64,000 nt of DNA. Origin: an uncultured Peptococcaceae bacterium. Its GTDB lineage: Bacteria > Bacillota > Dehalobacteriia > UBA4068 > UBA4997. Position 1 is the first letter of the stretch, and each line of letters starts with the position of its first letter. Location of the stretch: positions 31,969 to 95,968 of the forward strand of contig CANSKT010000001.1 in assembly GCA_947647555.1 (NCBI GenBank), read 5' to 3'. The notes beneath the pieces are model-generated. The model had not been told where the DNA came from. It saw only the letters and a list, made by a program, of their open reading frames with translations, and made no database searches. A program made the position numbers and the translations under genes. Below are positions 60,601 through 64,000 of the stretch, in pieces.

Positions 60601-60685
60601 CATCGCTGAATGTAGCTGCGTAGGCACTGGCAGAGAATGCAAACATCATTACAACTGCCAAAAGAACTACGAGTTTCTTTTTCAT
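57605..60685 (-). CDS. SLH-domain S-layer / major surface protein
   Basis: 1026 aa. Signal peptide MKKKLVVLLAVVMMFAFSASAYA, then three N-terminal SLH domains (FSDVSE...GYEDGTFGPDKTITRAEFAKI; FKDVRANSWYTGWINAAESLGIFKGDQNGNFRPNDTISNQEAITVLLR; a third degenerate one). The remainder is T/N/S/V/Y/D/G-rich and beta-rich with no Cys. SD aaggagg upstream. Confidence 0.85.
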   Translation of the reverse strand: MKKKLVVLLAVVMMFAFSASAYAATFSDVSERSVTEQDAIAKAVALGIIEGYEDGTFGPDKTITRAEFAKIAVTAAGAKETATMLEANASSFKDVRANSWYTGWINAAESLGIFKGDQNGNFRPNDTISNQEAITVLLRLLGYNDNLTGSWPVNYVTKANQIGLLDDVNIVASAAAKRGDVVVMLGEALDTAIVTYDKDTNEFVYKQTTKSGSSYITLLEDSFEGSYLEVDNFDKVEQVRDVAGKTLNWSVGDVVTQRTITSSTNNNSVVDETVPYDSTLIIDENTAVSYNSTGLFDLENHQGKVYYVKENGKLYARFIEVESYTQKVTDRPVVKDNKVTVNTTNYNAVRNPYQSNTDSKNSGYYMYFNDDDQVYRIVSDRDFTERSYYVKTITAASARLVGNDAENSRSKTVNMADADTLIYDNGKFISPSDLEVGDALMEIREGELYAKVADASGDLTRTSVSTISGTEPGNTKQHKVMIGGTNYVYKNNNSETAVLDFYEENLDSAGISTDDVFNNNVKYLLNKDNSVSAIIVDETSTGTTLYGIVVDGGGSNGTWATNMNAITLYTQEGYTVTYDFDKNCSTKPGAKDGQAYMGQMVEYKLNSNGEIKTFLKVGTPGATDDAKEFTGDNMNISGANAEIQVKNNAYLVDMSGKQFSLAANVIIFEVGQDDTDVDPSLVTRSSLLGGGDFTPENLTGIRVDGTASTYPISAYASYKTNNNGAIKALAYTNSSSNNYHYGVVNAWKFTDADHTGGNDVAVTLVGDDKVYDWDTDSKAGGADHFIVYKLSGDKIEVVYSFNTKKNLRDYTRYVTGFNDGLISIDKDAAGWAKATAAEVTGNLTKDQVEVSDKFTGTVYDNGVYNVMTDANTIVYVLDSNSGKYREGALSDVSRNAWVYIPVIDKDGYADVVLIDEYPRDNTVENGNNGSSTSKGNITPTYTLVFNNNTEREVSNAPAGTSANASYTISNNKVRVKGSYSYPSSEYVSASLIATYGSESKVITNREVEFDYVEGKTLSVTLELILK

Positions 60686-61261
60686 TTTTCTTTTTCCTCC
60701 TTATAAAGTTGGTGTGAATTGATATCGGCTGAACTCTCAACCGATTGACCAAGCCCCTCCAGCCGTCTTTTTGAATCTGCCGAAGAAACTTTTCACCATA
60801 ATTACAATCGTCAGCATAAAAAACTTGCACAGTGTTTCAAATTTTTTTAAAAATTCTGAAACTTTTTTCAACGTCCATAATGGTCGCCATGTTTTGCTCA
60901 TTTCCTTATGCCAAACCAACTTTGTAGGCCATCTTCCCCGAGGCCGTCAATTCTGCCTCAAAAATCAGCCCAAGCTGCTTTCCGGTCAACCTGTTTTGCC
61001 GAATAACAAGCCGCCCTTTCTGCCGCCGGGTCAAACCCCTTAAACAGTTTGACGGTTTTGCAAAATCTGCACAGGCCAACAAAGCTTGTCCCTATGACGT
61101 GGTCAATAGTGAAACTTCCACCAATATCATATATATACTACTACAAATCGCTAAAAAAATCAACCCTTTTTCTATAAATGTACTTCTATTTTTAAAAATG
61201 AAAAAAATCTTGCAGATGTTTGACAAAAAATCAGACTTCCAGCACGAATTTGCAAAATGAA

Positions 61262-61298
61262 AAAACCTCTCACTAACATTTCAGTGAGAGGTTAATTT
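61262..61298 (-). terminator. Intrinsic terminator downstream of the FabK/NMO-like gene
   Basis: 10-bp stem cctctcacta / cagtgagagg flanked by A- and T-runs. Confidence 0.75.
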
Positions 61299-61299
61299 T

Positions 61300-62256
61300 T
61301 TATCCCAGCAAACTAGGCGCATTTTGCAGCGTCGCCACAGCCTCCTGCATAATTTCTTCCATAATATGAGCGCAGCTGGCGCGCTGTTTAACCAAACCAG
61401 AAATCTGACCAGCCATAAAACAGCCGCCCTCCAAATCGCCCTCTTTAGCTTTGAGCAAACCGCGCGCAGCCAAAGCTTCCAGTTCTTCCGGCGAGGTTCC
61501 CGGCTGTTTTTCTAACTCCGCATAACGCAACGGCATTGGAGTTTTCAATGCGCGTACCACATGCGAAGTGCCGCGGCCGGTAACAATCGTATCCGTATCA
61601 ATCGCTTCAATCACCTTTTGCTTATAGAGGTCAGAAACAGGACACTCGTCAGCCGGCAAAAATACCGTCCCCAGCTGCACGCCAACCGCACCCAACAGCA
61701 GCATGGCGGCCATGGAGCGCCCGTCAGCAATACCACCAGCCGCTAAAACCGGGATATTCACGGCCTGACGCACCTGCGGCACCAAAGCCAGCGTTGTCAT
61801 ATCGCCAATATGGCCGCCGGACTCCGTACCCTCAGCCACCACGGCATAAGCGCCGGCCGCCTCGGCCTTTTTCGCCGCACGCACACTGGGAATAACCGGA
61901 ATAACCTTAACACCAGCCGCCAAAAGTTTCGGCATATGCGGCGTGGGGTCACCCGCGCCCGTTGTAACCACCGGCACCTTGGCCGTCACCACAAAATCAA
62001 TAATCTGGGTAATTTCCGGGCTTTGCAGCATTAAATTTACACCGAAAGGCTTGCCCGGCTGCACCAGCTGCTGACAACGCCGAATTTCCTCGGCCACCTG
62101 CGCAGCGGTAAGGCCGCTGCTGCAAATCAGACCCAAGCCGCCGGCATTGCTCACCGCCGCGGCCAACTCTGCCGTAGAAATATAAGCCATGCCGCCCTGG
62201 AAAATCGGATATTGCAAACCCAAATCCCGGCATAAAACGCTTTGAATTTGTTGCAT
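61300..62256 (-). CDS. FMN-dependent NMO/FabK family oxidoreductase (enoyl-ACP reductase II or nitronate monooxygenase)
   Basis: LGLQYPIFQGGMAYISTAELAAAVSNAGGLGLI, VAEGTESGGHIG and LAAGGIADGRSMAA motifs. The start is either the ATG at 62256 or the one at 62280. Confidence 0.75.
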   Translation of the reverse strand: MQQIQSVLCRDLGLQYPIFQGGMAYISTAELAAAVSNAGGLGLICSSGLTAAQVAEEIRRCQQLVQPGKPFGVNLMLQSPEITQIIDFVVTAKVPVVTTGAGDPTPHMPKLLAAGVKVIPVIPSVRAAKKAEAAGAYAVVAEGTESGGHIGDMTTLALVPQVRQAVNIPVLAAGGIADGRSMAAMLLLGAVGVQLGTVFLPADECPVSDLYKQKVIEAIDTDTIVTGRGTSHVVRALKTPMPLRYAELEKQPGTSPEELEALAARGLLKAKEGDLEGGCFMAGQISGLVKQRASCAHIMEEIMQEAVATLQNAPSLLG

Positions 62257-62374
62257 TTTCAAAAACCCCCATTTTATCATATTATATTAGTAAATTTAAG
62301 ATGCTCAATATTCACGTCACATTGACAATAGTTCTTTATATAATGAAGAAAAAATTGCGCCGCTATCAAATTTC

Positions 62375-63637
62375 CTATTTAATATATTCAACGCCCATAT
62401 ATTTAACCAAAACATCGGGCACCTTAACGCTACCGTCCGGCTGCAAATAATTCTCCAAAATTGCGGCCACTGTCCGGCCCACCGCCAAACCGGAACCGTT
62501 CAGAGTGTGCACATATTCCGGCTTACTCTTAGCGTCACGGCGGAAACGAATATTAGCGCGCCGCGCCTGATAATCCTCAAAATTGCTGCAAGAAGAAATC
62601 TCGCGGTATACGCCTGCGCCAGCCATATAAACCTCAATATCATAGGTTTTGGCAGAGCTAAAGCCCAAATCACCGCCGCAGAGGGTAACCACCTGATAAG
62701 GCAGACCCAGCATCTGCAACAGCACTTCAGCATCATGCGTCAGTGCTTCCAACTCGTCGTAGCTGTTTTCCGGCATACAGAATTTAACCAACTCAACCTT
62801 ATTGAACTGATGTTGTCGAATAATGCCTCTGGTATCACGCCCGGCCGAGCCAGCCTCCGCCCGGAAACAGGCCGAATAGGCACAATGATGAATAGGCAGC
62901 TGTGCGCCGTCCAAAATTTCATCACTATAAAGATTAGTCACCGGCACCTCGGCAGTCGGAATTAAATAATAGTCTGTACCCTCCACATGGAACATATCCT
63001 CGGCAAATTTCGGCAACTGACCGGTACCAGTCATAGACTTGCTGTTAACCATATACGGCGGAAAAATTTCCACATAGCTTTTAGAGGTATGCACGTCCAG
63101 GAAGAAATTATAAACCGCACGCTCCAGACGCGCCCCCAAACCACGATAAACCACAAAACGCGCGCCGGAGATTTTGGCCGCCCGTTCAAAATCGAGGATA
63201 CCCAGATTGTCGGCCACTTCCCAATGATTTTTCGGCTCGGCAATCTGCGGCAATTCACCCCATTGGCGCTGCACCGGATTATCCGCGTCAGAATTGCCAA
63301 AAGGCACGCTTTCATTAGGAATATTCGGAATAGCCAGCAAGGTATTGCGAATAGTTTCCTCGGCGGTTTTCACCTGCGCGTCCAAAGCGTCAATCTCATC
63401 GCCCAACTCACGCATTTTTTCCATAATCGGCGTAGCGTCCTGACCATTCTTCTTCAGTACGCCAATTTCCTTGGAAACCGCATTGCGCTCCGCTTTCATC
63501 TGTTCAACCTTGGCCAAAAGTTCCTTGCGGCTGGCCTCGGCCTGCAAAAACGGTTGCAAATCAACCTCCATATTACGTTTTTTTAATTTTTCAACCACCA
63601 ATTCCGGATTGGCAGCTACAAATTTTGCATCTAACAT
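62375..63637 (-). CDS. serS: Seryl-tRNA synthetase
   Basis: 420 aa. N-terminal coiled-coil arm ([22 protein letters not shown]...) and class II motifs ([25 protein letters not shown]; [17 protein letters not shown]). Confidence 0.95.
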   Translation of the reverse strand: MLDAKFVAANPELVVEKLKKRNMEVDLQPFLQAEASRKELLAKVEQMKAERNAVSKEIGVLKKNGQDATPIMEKMRELGDEIDALDAQVKTAEETIRNTLLAIPNIPNESVPFGNSDADNPVQRQWGELPQIAEPKNHWEVADNLGILDFERAAKISGARFVVYRGLGARLERAVYNFFLDVHTSKSYVEIFPPYMVNSKSMTGTGQLPKFAEDMFHVEGTDYYLIPTAEVPVTNLYSDEILDGAQLPIHHCAYSACFRAEAGSAGRDTRGIIRQHQFNKVELVKFCMPENSYDELEALTHDAEVLLQMLGLPYQVVTLCGGDLGFSSAKTYDIEVYMAGAGVYREISSCSNFEDYQARRANIRFRRDAKSKPEYVHTLNGSGLAVGRTVAAILENYLQPDGSVKVPDVLVKYMGVEYIK

Positions 63638-63691
63638 TTTCTCTCCTCCTAAATCAGATTATAATAAGTTAATTTTCATTATTTTAAGCAA

Positions 63692-64000
63692 TTATAATAA
63701 CAACAAACGCGCCAGTTCATTAACGTCATTCACATAATAATCCGCGCCGGCTTCCAGCAATGACTCCTTACTGCCAACACCCCAGCCAACGCCAATAGTC
63801 TGCATACCGGCCGCCTTGCCGCAGGCCATATCCACCGCCGCGTCGCCAATAAAAGCCGTATTTTGAGCCTGCTCGGCAGAAATACCCATCTCCGCCAGAG
63901 CCAGCAACGCCGGTTCCGGGTCTGGTTTATGCTTCTGGCTGGCCTCCACGCCAAATATCTTCACAAAACAACTCTGTATACCCAAAATCTCCGCTGACCA
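63692..64000 (-). CDS. HAD-superfamily hydrolase (phosphoglycolate phosphatase-like), C-terminal part; N-terminus lies beyond the window
   Basis: KPDPEPALLALAEMGI...AFIGDAAVDMACGKAAGMQTIGVGWG is the HAD motif III/IV region. The ORF runs off the window edge. Confidence 0.7.
   Translation of the reverse strand, partial: WSAEILGIQSCFVKIFGVEASQKHKPDPEPALLALAEMGISAEQAQNTAFIGDAAVDMACGKAAGMQTIGVGWGVGSKESLLEAGADYYVNDVNELARLLLL

Noticed and set aside
63638-63691. An expected T-box leader upstream of serS, and similarly upstream of glnS at 54946..54999.
   Set aside because: Both upstream gaps are only ~54 nt, far too short for a T-box riboswitch (~200-300 nt). They lack the AGGGUGGNACCGCG-type T-box sequence.

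Overview
This 64-kb window looks like a chromosomal segment from a Bacillota (Firmicutes) anaerobe with an SLH-anchored cell envelope. GC content is moderate, with visibly AT-richer islands. All calls rest on motif recognition in the supplied ORF translations and on reading the DNA by eye; no database search was run.

Most of the window is housekeeping and largely on the minus strand:
- A long glycogen/starch operon: glgB, glgP, glgC, glgD, glgA, a GH13-GH77 fusion, pgi and a tandem hotdog protein.
- A complete F1Fo ATP synthase operon (atpI-like, then atpBEFHAGC).
- serC-serA, glmM, glnS, serS, sbcDC, ridA, topoisomerase III and an M18 aminopeptidase.
- Rrf2 and DtxR/MntR regulators, an ECF sigma / RsiV-like anti-sigma pair, and a three-gene tRNA cluster (Ser-UGA, Ser-GCU, Arg-ACG).

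The accessory content is two AT-rich surface-protein islands: a 1813-aa SLH/Big_2 giant protein and a 1026-aa SLH S-layer-like protein.

Observations most worth follow-up:
1. Three unannotated type I toxin-antitoxin-like modules (29-31 aa hydrophobic peptides with SD-sequestering leaders and convergent antisense promoters). Two form a tandem pair with the direct-repeat plus shared-terminator architecture of the pAD1 par/Fst system. The modules sit at the 3' ends of the two SLH genes.
2. glgA is interrupted by an in-frame TGA at codon 35.
3. An orphan phage-like switch: an XRE-S24 LexA-like repressor divergent from a DUF1492/sigma-region-4-like gene, with three perfect palindromes overlapping face-to-face promoters.
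4. A phased array of four or five DnaA-box-like repeats upstream of sbcDC.
5. A secreted protein ending in four 15-aa Cys/His-rich repeats.
6. A GH13-GH77 (amylase-family plus 4-alpha-glucanotransferase) fusion.

No CRISPR array, rRNA, transposase or integrase was recognised.
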